Of a DNA stretch of 64,000 bases, positions 40,329 through 53,771 are shown one piece after another (the stretch's first letter is position 1; each line of letters begins with the position of its first letter). The DNA is from Haliotis cracherodii (Eukaryota). The notes below the pieces were generated by a model. It was not told where the DNA came from and ran no database searches. It saw nothing but the letters and a program-made list of their open reading frames with translations. Where the stretch lies: positions 46,500,001-46,564,000 of the forward strand of contig NW_027266286.1 in the NCBI RefSeq assembly GCF_022045235.1. Reading direction: 5' to 3'. The translations under genes and the position numbers were made by a program.

Positions 40329-42548
40329 ATGTTAGCACATCGTGCAAGTGTGATCGCGGCATTGTTGGGAGCGTGGCTGTTACTCACCCCAGCAGTATCA
40401 GGTAACACAATAATTGTCCTGGTGCCGCAATCTAGTGTATGTGAATATCAACTCAAGTGTTTATCAAATATGATATCCGACAGTTATATTACTAATTACT
40501 GTAATACGATTGATATTATTAAAAGCATGCGTCGTGGGTCATGCGATTTGGGACATATCAAATGTTTTACAATGCGACAGTGGTATCAACTCGTTGCCAT
40601 TTGCATGGAATTTTATACTATTAATCATATAAATGAGATCTCACTCACTCACTCGTTATGTCTATTGTGCCTTGTTACAGGTGTGGGTTGTCCCAACGGC
40701 TATACCCAGTATGCGCAATCCTGCTACATGCACCACAATCAGAAGATGACCTTCATTAAAGCATCTGCAAGTTCACCATTGCTTCCCGTCAAGTTGATCA
40801 CGTTACCATTCCAGATGGGAATATGTCTTTGGTTTAACTGTGAAAGTCTGTGACAAACCATTCTATGACTGATCAGAGTCTAAATCTATGTGAAAGACGT
40901 TATCGCGAAATTCACGTACTGTTACTTTTTCATTTGGTGTTGCACTAAACCTTGACTGAAAATCGTATTAAATCAAAACAGTATGATTAAAGATGCTCAC
41001 AATATATACAACCGAATGAAGACTTATCCTACTTGCAGCCATGAGGCTTGCCATACCTCGTCTTTTGCCATGTGTCTTCATGATAGTTTATACTTCCAGG
41101 AATACTGCCGACAGCACCATGGGTACTTGACAGAGATTGAAACAGCAACGGAAAGTGCCTATGTGAAGGCATTCCTGAAGGGGAAGATTAGTAAGTGAAA
41201 CCAAAGCAGTAACTCCTTTGAATGCAGTTGTTGTAAGCGACCGCGTGAGCGTTCCGTGTTAGAACTCAGATTGCGTGTCGCTGTACGCCAACTGCAAGGG
41301 TCAGTGGTCACAGTATCAATCACTAGTTAGTCTACACGTATTATAATATTTTTTATATAATAATATTCGACATACTTTGCTTGGGAAGAATCTTCCCTTA
41401 ATCTTGATAACCGAACGGTTCACTTGTCATGGAATCATATGATGTCATCTTTTGTTTTGTTTGTTGTTTAACGCCGCAATATTCCAGCTATATGACGGCG
41501 GTCTGTAAATAATCCTGTTTGGACCAGACGATCCAGTCATTGACATCATGAGCATCGATGAACGCAATTGGGATCGATGACAGCATCAACCAAGTCAGCG
41601 AGGCTGACCACCCGGCAACATGGGTTGCTGAAGACCTATTCTACCCCGGATCTTCACGGGTCGATGTCATCTTTTAAATCCTTATGTTATGTAGAAAATG
41701 AAACTATCGAACGGCGTAAAACTACCCAATGCTAATTGAATTTACAATGTCGATAGTAATTTAATGATACGGTCATTACTGTCTATTTCCTAACTGTTAT
41801 ATCACTCACTGATGCATAATTTCTGCTTTAGTTGACGATGGTGTTTGGCTAGGCGCTAACGACATTCGGTTTGAAGGCTACTATGTATGGGACAAGTCGG
41901 AGAACCCACTGAACTACACAGATTGGTACCCTGGAGAACCCAACCAGAAGACTGTCGAGGAGGACTGCATGAGTAGCTGGAAGTTTGAAGGGTATCAGTG
42001 GGCAGATCACTACTGTGACCGCCCTGACCTCGAGCCATTTTGTGAGACAGAGTAAGTTGTTGGGAATTTAGGTAATACATACTGCGCGCAAAGAAGGGGA
42101 TGTGGGTTCAGATATGGTATAGTTCACATGGTATTACGTACATGTAGATGCAAATTACTAGTAAAGGAAGCTGGGTATGGGTTTACAGTGAGTGAGTGAG
42201 TGAGTATGGTTTATCACGGCGGGGGACACCAGCAATGGGGCTTCACACATTGTACCCATGTCGGGACTCAAACCCGGGTCTTCGGCGTGACGAGCGAACG
42301 CTTTAACCACTTGGCTACCCTACCCGGGTTATGGGCCACACAATGCTGGCTTGAATATGTGCTTGTATGGGATAAGACATACACAAATACTGCATACAAA
42401 TGAGTGTAATCATTATTCTTTATTGAACGCATAGGCAGCTTGAAACTGTTGTATGTAGAATGTAATGAACAATGATAAGTTAACATATCACAATTTTAAA
42501 TAAATGCTCTTTCCGCATCTCTGTTTCAGGGTAACGAAATGCAGCTAA
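40329..42548 (+). CDS. Gene E: secreted single-domain C-type lectin (perlucin-like), EPN/WAD motifs
   Basis: Exons 40329-40401, 40681-40766 (GC donor), 41100-41190, 41832-42051 (WLGAND..EGYYVW..WYPGEPN..EDC..WADHYC..FCE), 42530-42548, with AATAAA at the stop. Confidence 0.9.
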
Positions 42549-42948
42549 ATAAAACGCAAATAAATATCGCGATTTGACTAAAATGCTACGTTTTGTCATA
42601 TTTTGTTATGAATATTTATATACATGTACGTTGATAGATATATACCAGGAATTGACTATTTTATCTCTCACAATGCTCTGGCTGGAGTCGCAACACCGAT
42701 TGTGTTTTCAGGGTTTTTTGTGTAAACTATGCCGCAGATGCGAGACGGCGCTAATATGGTGTAAAATTGCTGTCATTTATATTTCGACAGGGTCCGTTGC
42801 ATTAATCAGTTGTGATGCACCGAAAGCTTGCGACGCGTTCACACCTGTTTAATTAGCTCTCAGACTCCGTTGTATAAACCACGTCTCAGTGGACGTTGCA
42901 AATGTGATGTTGTGTTCCAAATTTAGCGACGTTCATTTCTTCCGGTTC

Positions 42949-42960
42949 AGAGAGAGAGAG

Positions 42961-43013
<53 letters not shown>

Positions 43014-43020
43014 GAAAGAG
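42949..43020 (+). repeat. (GA)n microsatellite
   Basis: Direct inspection. Confidence 0.95.
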
Positions 43021-43541
43021 AGTGTGAGAGGGGGGGGGGAGAGCGTGTGTATGTGTTGCTGCTTGTACTAGTCTATAGTGTTCATTTGGACATAGATGGT
43101 TATGAATATACTCTTACCTTAATACACATATACCAGGCAGGCAGCTGAGCGACCATATGCCGCAGTGTAACATGACTCAGACACAGTATCCCGACTCCGA
43201 GAAGATCAGTTCTCGTTTTAGCTCCTTATTACCGAGCGCCAGGCAGGGTAACAATAAGTTACATTTTTAACGCACTTCTGGATGAAGCGTCTGGGGATCG
43301 AACCTACAACATTTCGCTCTCAGGGTAGGTGATCTATCCACAAAACCATGGATGCAGTATGATGTTTTTTTTACACTTTAGCAAAAGGAACAAAGCCAAA
43401 TTTGTGTGAGGTAGGAAAGTACATTTATACGAGGAACCGTACAAGGTATTCAGCCAAAATGTTTGGGAGAGAACTCTTGATGATGGTAGTCATTTCAGGT
43501 ATCGGTACATAGGAAAAGTCCAAGGTGAAGGTCAGCTACCA

Positions 43542-43755
43542 TCAATAATCCGTAGGCCCCCCGTTGGAATCGATAGCGGCCTGACATCTCCTTCCCATGG
43601 AAGAGACGAGTATGCGAAGCACATCCTGGGGAATGGTAGCCCACTCGGCCTGCAACACAAAAGCCAACTGTTGCAACGTCTGGGGTTGTGGTTGACGTCG
43701 TCGTAGCCGTCTATCCGATTCATCCCTCAGGTGCTCTATCGGGTTCAAATCAGAA
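43542..43755 (-). mobile_element. Tc1 transposase C-terminal fragment
   Basis: SDLNPIEHL..E..RRLRRRQPQPQTLQQL....EW..IPQ......SM.RRCQA.I...GG.T.Y. Confidence 0.85.
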
Positions 43756-44848
43756 CATAATAATGTTTTCAAGATCACATTAATGAGATTTGACATGCAC
43801 TTTACAGGGAATGGATATGAATGTAGGGCATTTGAGTAATGGCCTCTACGTGATGCTGGAAGAATACAATTCGTCCTCTATCAACAATCTAACTGTCACA
43901 ATTCATGGTCAATAATAGCAGAAGAATATATCTTCAGGGAAATTGACTAAAATAAGAAGATAAATTCCAATATAAATATTCCGATAAACTTAGCCTATTC
44001 AGATAAAATAAAATATATGCGAATGAATGAAGGAATATGGATTTACGCCGCTTTCAGCAACATGTCCGCAATATCAGGGCGGGGGACATCAGAAATGGGC
44101 TTCACACATTTTGTGGCAAACTAACAAACCATGCATGTATAAATGGTCGGCTCGGAGTCAATATACTGTGTCGACGTATGGTATCCATTTTTAACTGCGT
44201 CATGGCATATCATTCGGCTAGCACAATACGACTGACATGAGTCTGGACGATGGAAGCCGAACCCTCCAATAGATGTCTAGTGGATGATATACACCAGCTG
44301 ATACACTCTTGTTACTATACGATGGATTATATATATATATATATATATATACATGTTGACAGGCATGACACAAGACTAAACCTTGGTACGACAGACAAAT
44401 TGCATTAAAGAGAGTACTCAGAGGATCCATCTGCAGCGAATGGTTAGTGTTTAGTGCCAAACAAACCGCATATGAAGTAAATGCAATATCTAGTCGCCAT
44501 TCCAAACACCATTTTGTTTCTCATGTTGCGAAGCATTTTTTTATTTCTTTATGCAAGCGGAGGAGTAGAGGTTCAAGTTTCCAATCCAACATAACACCAT
44601 CTGTCATCTAGTATGATGTACATTCACTTTAACTACTTCAACTTACGATACTACTCACAGCTTACTCATACACGGATACTGTAACACTTAACCGTGATAC
44701 GTATGCTCGTATCATTAAATGAATCATGTGTGACAGTGTCTGATAATAGTCTAGGAAGGAAGACCCGTCTATTGTGTGTGCTGCTGTTATATAATGACGT
44801 TATGCGAAGCGATCCTGACTTATTGTCTTCACGAGCTACATGCATGTC

Positions 44849-47105
44849 ATGATGGACCGACAGGGACGTGTAGACTTCATCACATGCACCATGTTGATGG
44901 TCATGGCTTCCGTAAAAGGTACGTTGAATTCACACCATCATTGCCATATATGTGGAGATTAACAGACCTTTATCACAGCAACTGTTACGATACCTATGTT
45001 CCAATGGCAAGTTTTTCTCGATCGTGAAACTACCTGTAAATAACAATTACCAATGTGTTAGCATACGTATGTATTCAACCGCTTCAGCGGCCTAGTGGAT
45101 AGAGCATCTACCTGGAGAGTGGTAGGCCGGTTCGATCCCCTGGTCGCCTCATATCAGCATACGTAAAAAGACGGTACTTGTACTTGGAATTAAAGGGCTA
45201 AAATAAAGACTGGTTGGCTCTGAGTCAGTATACTGTATACTGTGTCTGAGCGGATATCCATTAAAAACAGTTTTTAGCAAAATTCCACCTTCATCATAGC
45301 GGGGGACACCAGGAATGCACTTCTTTCAGTTCACCCATGTGGAGAAAAGAAACCAAGACTCCTGAGCGTGGGGTAGGCCAGCGGTGTTTAAGGCAGGCAG
45401 GGTAGGCTATGGCGGCGTTTTGGGACAGGCGGGGAAATATATGGTGGTGTTTAGGACGGGCGGGGTATCAAATAGTGGTCTTCAGGGCAGGCAGATACAT
45501 CTTGCAGTTTTCGTCACACTGTTTGAAGCTTTCTGGCGCTCCCCGTGGTGTTGCTGACACATTGTTTAAAGCGGCATAAAAGCATACCCATTCACTATTG
45601 TAATTTTGATTTCAGCTACGAAGACTAGCCAGTCGTGCTTTACTCCAACGCCTACTCAAAATTGCTCCTATCATCATCATCTCACATGTGGAGACGGTGA
45701 AAAAGTTAGAATTGATTTTAACAGTACCTTTTTTGTTAAAAAGGCTGATGGATTAGAGTGTGCAACGATTACCTGTGGCTCCCCGTTCTACCCAAACTGT
45801 TGTGTATTTACAAAAGGAGATCACGACCTTCATGACTTCAACCCCACAGTTCGTGAGAACATCACAACTTATTGTTTGGATAAGACACAGTGCGTGTTTC
45901 TTGCTCCACACCAGCAAAACTTGTTTTTGTCTGTGGTTAGGTACGACTGTATTCGAGGTAAGTTGAATGAGTATATCTGAAGCCAAGATAAGGCTAGAGG
46001 TTTGGAGGTTAGCTGATCATGACATTCTCATACAAGGTAATGTGTAAGCGTATTTCTCAGTGAAACAATTCTGATTCTATCTGGAACGAAATACGGTAAC
46101 AATTGTATAACCGATATTGCATGTTCCATTGTTAATCAGATGTATTACGTCGACTGCCACTGTTTGCACTCAACTACTATCAACAGTTGGACAAACACAG
46201 GGATGTGAATATTAATTATTATTGTAATCCGTTAACATCGTGATACATAATAATGTTTTTTGTGTAGATGACCTTGCAACTACGGGACTTAAAGTTGGCG
46301 TTGGCCTCGCTGTCACAGTTGTCATCATCGCTGGAATTTTTGTTACCCTGTGCTATTTGAAAAGGTACTTTAAATTTTGTAATATCATCGTTCATTACGT
46401 GGTTTCAAACTTTAAGCCGCACTAATAGTATTCACTATCCATTGCCCATTACATACAACAGACCTTTTACCTTTGTCCAGAAACGTGATATTGCTAAAAG
46501 CGGCCCAAAACCATGCCATGCACTCTCTCATACACTACACACCACATTTGTAGTAGTCTGTAATTACGATAAAACATTGATCACTTAGATGAATTGAGAT
46601 ATCTATATTACAAAATGTCCATTTACATATCTTTGGGAGAATATTAAGCTACATGCAGCAAACACTGGCACAATCCTGAATGCGGCATAAAACAACACTC
46701 ACTAACTCATTAACTATGTTTTTCAGACAAAGAAAACAGTCACCACAGCAGAGTAGAAGAAGGTTGGACACTGGACTTGCACCACTCTACCATGAGGTGA
46801 TAGACGCTCGGTCATTCACGGAGCGGACAGGCAGTTATGAATATGCCACAGCGGAGGAGATACATGGAAGAGGACAGGATCCAAAACCAGTTATGGAAGG
46901 ATATGATCACTTAGGGGTCGTGGCCCGCGGTGTGTGGGAACATTATGACACTGCGACATCTGCTATGCAACAAGTTAGTCAGCTGTCGGAAGCCGATAGC
47001 CACAGGGGAGGAAGAATCATTTACAATCATCTGAGTCTCAAGCCTCAAAAGACAAAGGTCCACCACAACCATTATGATGTTGCTATGCAACAAACACACC
47101 AATGA
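44849..47105 (+). CDS. Gene B: paralog of gene A (SUEL-like ectodomain, TM, Tyr-motif tail; ~295 aa)
   Basis: Exons 44849-44918 (MMDRQGRVDFITCTMLMVMASVK, phase 1; start uncertain), 45616-45957, 46268-46364 (TM VGVGLAVTVVIIAGIFVTLCYL-KR), 46727-47105. Total 888 nt in frame; intron phases match gene A. Confidence 0.8.
45370..45495 (+). repeat. Degenerate G-rich ~31-bp minisatellite (about 4 units)
   Basis: Repeated gg..gttt..gg.caggc.ggg.a units. Confidence 0.55.
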
Positions 47106-49968
47106 CGAACCTCCGATACACAATGAATCCCGTTTATCCGGACACACGCACACACGCAATGTTCAGGACGCGTATGATATGTGTCTGAATGCATATATTA
47201 TATGTCATTACAACGTTTCGTGTTACCTCGTTTATATGAACGCTTTATTCGGAACCATACCGACTGACAGAGATCCGCTGACTAAGAAGCAAGCGGTGAC
47301 ATGGAAACCTTCAGAGTCCTTGTATGATCAAAGTGTACCTTGTTCTTTACTGTTTAAAACATTCAAACTCTAACCAAAAAAGAAATAACTATAGATTCCT
47401 CCGTATGCAATATGGCAATGTGTTTCCTGTTTGATTGAAAGAAGTGATACAGTGTCTCAAGTGGTGATGTGACAATTCGTCGTTGTCTTCTTCTGTCGTT
47501 TGTCATCAGTGTTGTCATCAGAGTGTGACAAAACAATTCCACTTCACAAAGTTGCTAAAATAATGTGCAATAAGTAACGTTTCCTCTGTTGGCGTACTAT
47601 TGCTGAAAGCGGCGTAAAACCATACTCGCTCACTCTCTTGGCGGACATATCGTGAATAGTGTTATCAGGCACATATCTATGGGTTTCGGACCCCTAACCT
47701 TGCAATTAACCGCCGATGCTTGCTGTCATTTGTATAACTACGGCACCGAAACATATCTATTACTTTATGAGCAAGCCTACATAATTGGTTCAACAATTCT
47801 TTAGGGAGGTCATCATCTCACAAGCATGGTGATTTTGGAATTGAATAGAAACAATAAACATCAAGTTTGCATATAAAATAGTCTTTATCAGTATCTTCGC
47901 GTAATGTACATACAAAACAGACGATAAGAAACCCACGACCGATTGAATACAGGTCACCTGATAGCAAACATCAGCCTACATTTTAACAACACCAGGCAGA
48001 ACATGCAGTATAAACTTGTAGTAATGTCATTAATTCCAGTCGCCACAATAGTTACAGGCAAGTGTTGAGGAAAATGTATCCTTGATGCATGAATATATCA
48101 CTACACTTATAGATGAATACATCGCTATATGTCTAGACATAACTACATGACCTTGTCAGTCATAGTTGTGTCACAAGGCGATTGTATTTAAATATATATG
48201 ATACCAACACTTACGTATTAATCATATTTTATCGACACATCATGATATTCTGTGTTGGAGATGTTGTGTGATGTCACTACATTCACTTTTTTTATCTTGG
48301 TGGTTTCAGTGCCGTGACGTCAAAATGTTACAATGTGGCGTCATAATCGACTATTACGTCATTACACATTACGCCTGTATTACGTTGACGAATTATTCTG
48401 GACAGCATCTTTTTCTGTAGGGCGCGTGCTCCTTGAATATTTATTTATCACCCCGCTTTTCTTCAGTTATTTGTTTAACGCACATGTAAATATAACCGTA
48501 AATGAAGGTCTTTAAACGGCGAAGGGTGACATCGTAGGACATGTGAGCCATTTTTCGACAGCACCTCCATGTTTTCTTCTCTGCTTGACTGGGATTTCTG
48601 GTTTGTCCGCTCTGTACCCGGTTACGCCACTGTATAACTAAACTTCAGAGCGGGTTCAAAGCCAATTCACTCACTCACCAATCAAGGATAGAATCCAATA
48701 GTTTAACAGTACGGAATTAGATAGCTAACAACAACACCTTCTTCTCTACATTCACGGCTATCAACATGTTGGTAGATATATAGCTATTTAACAGTTATTG
48801 ACCATTCCTGAGGGCAATGTTATGTTTTATGGACCCAAGTTACTGATATTCACTGAAGCCAGCGGCCGCGGTCAATATCCGTTATTTTGGTCCATAAACC
48901 ATAATATTGCAAGAATCTGGGTCAACAATTGTTTTGTAACATAATATAAAAAAAGAAGAATATTTTAAATTCATACAACTATTGAATCAGATGTCACGGA
49001 AAGTCAGATATGTTGCACAACAAGCATTGCTTTACGCTCTCTCTGATTGGCTGAAAACATTTCTTTCCTTTGAGTTTATTGGCTTAGTCACGCTGGGCAA
49101 TGCAGGGCAGGGTGGGTCTCAAGTCAATACTGTCCTTTAAGGAAGGTCATATGTCCCTTTCTCAGCCAGTGAAAATACAGATATAATTTGTAAATGTAAT
49201 AACACGGAATGAACAGGTCAGTTGTTTTTTTTATATCTAACATATATTACAGGCAAAATGAAAGCCAAAACATAGATGTAGAATTATTACAGGAATATCC
49301 TCCTCAAGTCGAAACTATTGCCGGCGCTATATGTTATATTGTCAAGAGGACTTACTTACTATACAAAAGGACAATTGTCAAGAGGACTTACATACAATAT
49401 AATATCACTGCGTTAGGATCAGTAACGCGGTACTATGAGATGATATTAAGGTGCAATAGGATTTTACTCCGCGTTTTTAAGATTATTTCACTTATACACC
49501 AACGTGCATAGGCCGGACTTATACCGCAGTTTAATTAAGATATGACTATCCCATTCAGACACATTGTATTGTCTCCGATCCGACATGTTCTTCTCTTATC
49601 TCCTTAGTGGCGACCACCAAGCACGCTAAAACGAAATATAAACTTTTAACGTCTTTTGGTGTGACACGGCCATCGAACCACCGACCATTTGCTTTCCGGA
49701 CATAAGCTCTATCCACTACACCGCCTCGGGGTCTGGTTTATGATCAGAAGCATTCTTGAATGCACCAGATTGTTCTAAAAACAAGTTAATCATGACTCCT
49801 GTGAGTATCCTGTATCTTGCATTATTAATACAAATTTTATGTAAAAAATAACAATAATCATTTTCACAATGTGCACGATAGATGAGCAACCATACCAGGC
49901 AACAGTCGCCGTACGGGATATGATTCACAGGCTACATGAGATCAGCGAATTATGTGTGACTGTTTCAG

Positions 49969-50054
49969 GAATAGGATGCCCTAATGGATGGATCCGGTTT
50001 AAAGGTTCATGTTACTTATACAACAGTAAAGTCCGTACATTTATTCATGCTTCG
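49969..50054 (+). pseudogene. Orphan C-type lectin exon (F), homolog of gene E exon 2
   Basis: cag|GIGCPNGWIRFKGSCYLYNSKVRTFIHAS|gtgagt; 86 nt like E exon 2. No exon 3 or 4 seen downstream (N gap 50251-50422 follows). Confidence 0.7.
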
Positions 50055-51377
50055 GTGAGTCATTCCTTAAAATAGTGCAACGTAAGACATTTAGGGCTGG
50101 TTACATACTTGTGTTTAATTTGTCGTACTTTGTTCAGGCAGAGTGAAAAAGCTAATACAATTAATGGTTCATAAACCAGAGATTTTCACATGATCATTTC
50201 GATGAAGTAAAGTGAAGTGAAATTAGGTTTAACGTCGCGTCCAGGATTCTNNNNNNNNNNNNNNNNNNNNNNNNNNNNNNNNNNNNNNNNNNNNNNNNNN
50301 NNNNNNNNNNNNNNNNNNNNNNNNNNNNNNNNNNNNNNNNNNNNNNNNNNNNNNNNNNNNNNNNNNNNNNNNNNNNNNNNNNNNNNNNNNNNNNNNNNNN
50401 NNNNNNNNNNNNNNNNNNNNNNACTAATGCCGATTACATAGTGCTAGGCCACTGAAGGTGCCAAACCGTAGATTAACACGAATGCCCCACTTAGACGTAG
50501 TCTACTCCAAGTCGACCAGTCCTTATAATAGCTCCTTAATGCCGAGCACCACGCAGGGTAATAAGTAGGTCCTTCTTTTAACGACTTTTGGTCGGACGCG
50601 GCCGGGATTCTTACCCCGGACTTTCCACTCATTACAATGAAAGGATCACTCAGCTAATCTACGAGTAGGTCGTCCAGGTAGAGTAATCGTGTAGGATCCG
50701 TGTAGTCACTGATAATTTATACGACCAAGGACAGTCCAGAGGTGCATGTAATTCTTCGTCCATCGTCAATACTTCAATGGTTTGTATATAGTATGTTCTC
50801 GCATCACTCGCGAATGCATTAGGTCGTTTTGTAGCGCTGTCGCTATTTGTAGCAAATCAGGTCACTGACTTATTCCCAACAACCCAATAACCCAGCCTTG
50901 CACGGTCATCGTCTCCAAACATTGATCTGAATATATCAGCGTTACACAAATGTGACATCATTGCGGCACCAATTGTGGGTTTACTCTGGCATTGAACATG
51001 CATATCACCAGGTTTGTGTAAATAAGTGACTTATGTTGGGAGGTGTTACCCCAAGTATGTAGATAGTGCGTGTTATCCAAACCTACGACACAGGGTTACA
51101 CATTAAAGAGTCAACGTCCAGGTATAGTACAATACGAAATTGAATATGATGGTCTGTAATAATGAGTAATAATAAGTTATATGTTTTCAACTAGTTCTTA
51201 ATGTGGTTTAATTTGCTCGCCCATTACGGGACCCATACCAAGAAGCGTAAGTTTAAATGTATATGAGATACATGTACTGTGTGTTAATGTTTTTTACACT
51301 TGCTCGTAAACTTTGAACAGAGACACTGAGTTGAGTAAGAAAGGTAATCTCAACAGCATTTGTGAAAAATAACACCA

Positions 51378-52345
51378 AGGGGACGTCTTTAAGGACACGA
51401 TAGTGGACGCCTTGTGGCTGAAGATGGCGGATGCCTATTTGGTGAAGCTAGGGGACGCCTTCTGGGTAACCATATGGGAAGACTTATGGATGATGTAATG
51501 GGACGCCTTGTGGATGTAATGGGACGCCTTGTGAGTGACGATAGCACATACCTTGTGGGTGAAGCTTGGGGACGCCTTTGGGTGAAGGTGGGGGACGCCT
51601 TTTAGGACACGATAGGGGACGCCTTGTGGCTGAATATAGTGGATGCCTACAGGGTGAAGCTAGGGGACGCCTTCTGGATAACCATGGGGGACGCCTTGTG
51701 GATGATGTAATGGGACGTCTTTTGGGTGAAGATAGGGGATCCTTTATGTGTGAATATAGCGAATGCCTCATGGGTGAGGATATGGACCACTTTGTGGGTG
51801 AAGATATGGACCACTTTGTGGGTGAAGATAGCGATTGCCTTGTGAACGAAGCTAGGGGACGCCTTCTGGATAACGATAGGGGATGCCTTGGGGGTGAAGA
51901 GAGGGGATGCCGGGTGGGGGGGAGGTAGGGGATGCCTTTTGGGAAACGATAAGGGACGCCTTGAAGAATGAAAATAGCGGGCGCCTTGTAGGTGAAGACA
52001 GAGGACGCCTTTAGGGTGAAGATACGGGACGCCTTTAAGAGTGAAGATATGGGGCGTCTTGTTGGTACAAATAGGAGAAGCTTTGTGGGTGAAGATGGGG
52101 ACGTCTTGTGGGCGAAGATAGGGGCGCGTTGTAGGTGGAAATAGGGGATGCCTTGAGGGTTAAGATAGGGACACCTTTATAGCGAAAACAGGCTAGGGAA
52201 CGCGTTGTGTGTAAAGATACGGGGAGCCTTCTTGGGGAGGATAGGAAACGTCTTGTGTGCAAAATTACGGGACGCCTTCTGAGTAAATATAGGAGACACG
52301 TTGTGGGTGAAGATAGAGGACGTCTTGAGTGTGAAGTGTATGGGA
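51378..52345 (+). repeat. ~24-bp G-rich minisatellite (GGGACGCCTTGTGGGTGAAGATAG-like), roughly 40 degenerate units
   Basis: Direct inspection; explains the spurious GEDRGRL ORFs. Confidence 0.9.
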
Positions 52346-53771
52346 CGACAGGTTGGTAACGATTAGCAAAGGAGCAGGCATATTCTAATTCCTAAGCGTG
52401 TAACAGCTGCATTCAACTCAACGCCTTCAACGAACATGTATTACAAGAAGTAAGGTATGGATGAGAGAATGATAAATTGATCGGGCGATTTTAAAAGGAG
52501 ACCCGGAAATGACATCTTGATCCAGTCTCAACACATTATCGACATATTTAGGTTTCATCAATAGTTAATATACCACGCATTCATGGTATCAAAAAGATCA
52601 TCATTCCTTGTTCAGTATTCCGTGAGATATTTGCGGTTAAACAAAAGTGAGTTTTCCGCCGCCTAATGCATACAATTGTTTGATCACAGCGTATAATTTT
52701 ATGGAGAAATAAATTCACCCAAAATGTAGGTCTTGGACGTTTTCAATTTTTTTTAAACTCACGAGCACGGGTGTAGTACCGAACAGAGCAACATAGTCAG
52801 GGTGAATCATTGGTGTATGATACTTGCTCACTTATGTGCCTATGGTCATATGCCCTTTGGTTTAAATAAGTCAACTTGCTCACATTTACCCCTATTGTTG
52901 GGAAAGCAATGCGACCCAAATACGAATATGTGTAAGGGTCTCCTTCATATTCATAGAACATTGCCTTCACGATGTGACAAGGTACAATTCGTCTTTGAAG
53001 ATTCAAAGTGTTGATCTCCCTAGTATCGTTACACCACACCTAGTATTGCCACCCACACACAAATCTGTATTCTAAATGTACATGTAATCGTAATGTGAAA
53101 TGACCGTTCTACAAGCGCATGGTCTATCAGGTAACAAATGAAGGGTTGACTATGGAGGGGCGTGTGCTGTTGGTCTAACCGCACCCCGATGCTCACATTA
53201 TTACAATAATTGATATCTGAATAGGTGATTGGCTGCTATGTGTTAAACATAATGCCATAACGCCTACCATATTGCGCATAAAACTAAACAATAGCTTCGA
53301 GAAGAAAAGTTTTCATTCAATCAAAAATAGCTTTGCTATTAGGAAGAACTTGCATAATGATGACATTGTGTGGCTTATTGTGATGAAAAGTCAATGACGT
53401 TTACAAGTGACGAGATGAAGTCAATATCAAGTAATTGTAAGTAATTTTTATGGCCAACGTAGAATTGACGGGTCCGCCCATTTCGACTGTCGGTCATTGA
53501 TCTAAGTGTGACAATAAAGAAAATTGACGTTGTGCCGTGTTGTGATGTCACGCGAATGACTCTTAAATGTACTAGGCCTATACTGTAACTGGTGGATAAT
53601 GGTCACTTAGGAGACATATCCAATGGACATTTAACTTACACTTACACTTAACGCACCAATGTTCGCTTTTATGTTGTACACTGTGATGGGATTTCACTAA
53701 CTACTAACTTTTTCTCTGAACACCAGAACATCACTTCCGGAAGGGAATATATTACGTTTTACTTCTCAAAG

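Noticed and set aside
51414-52262. ORFs with GEDRGRL or SRRRP repeats
   Set aside because: Translations of a 24-bp minisatellite with frameshifts and no splice context.
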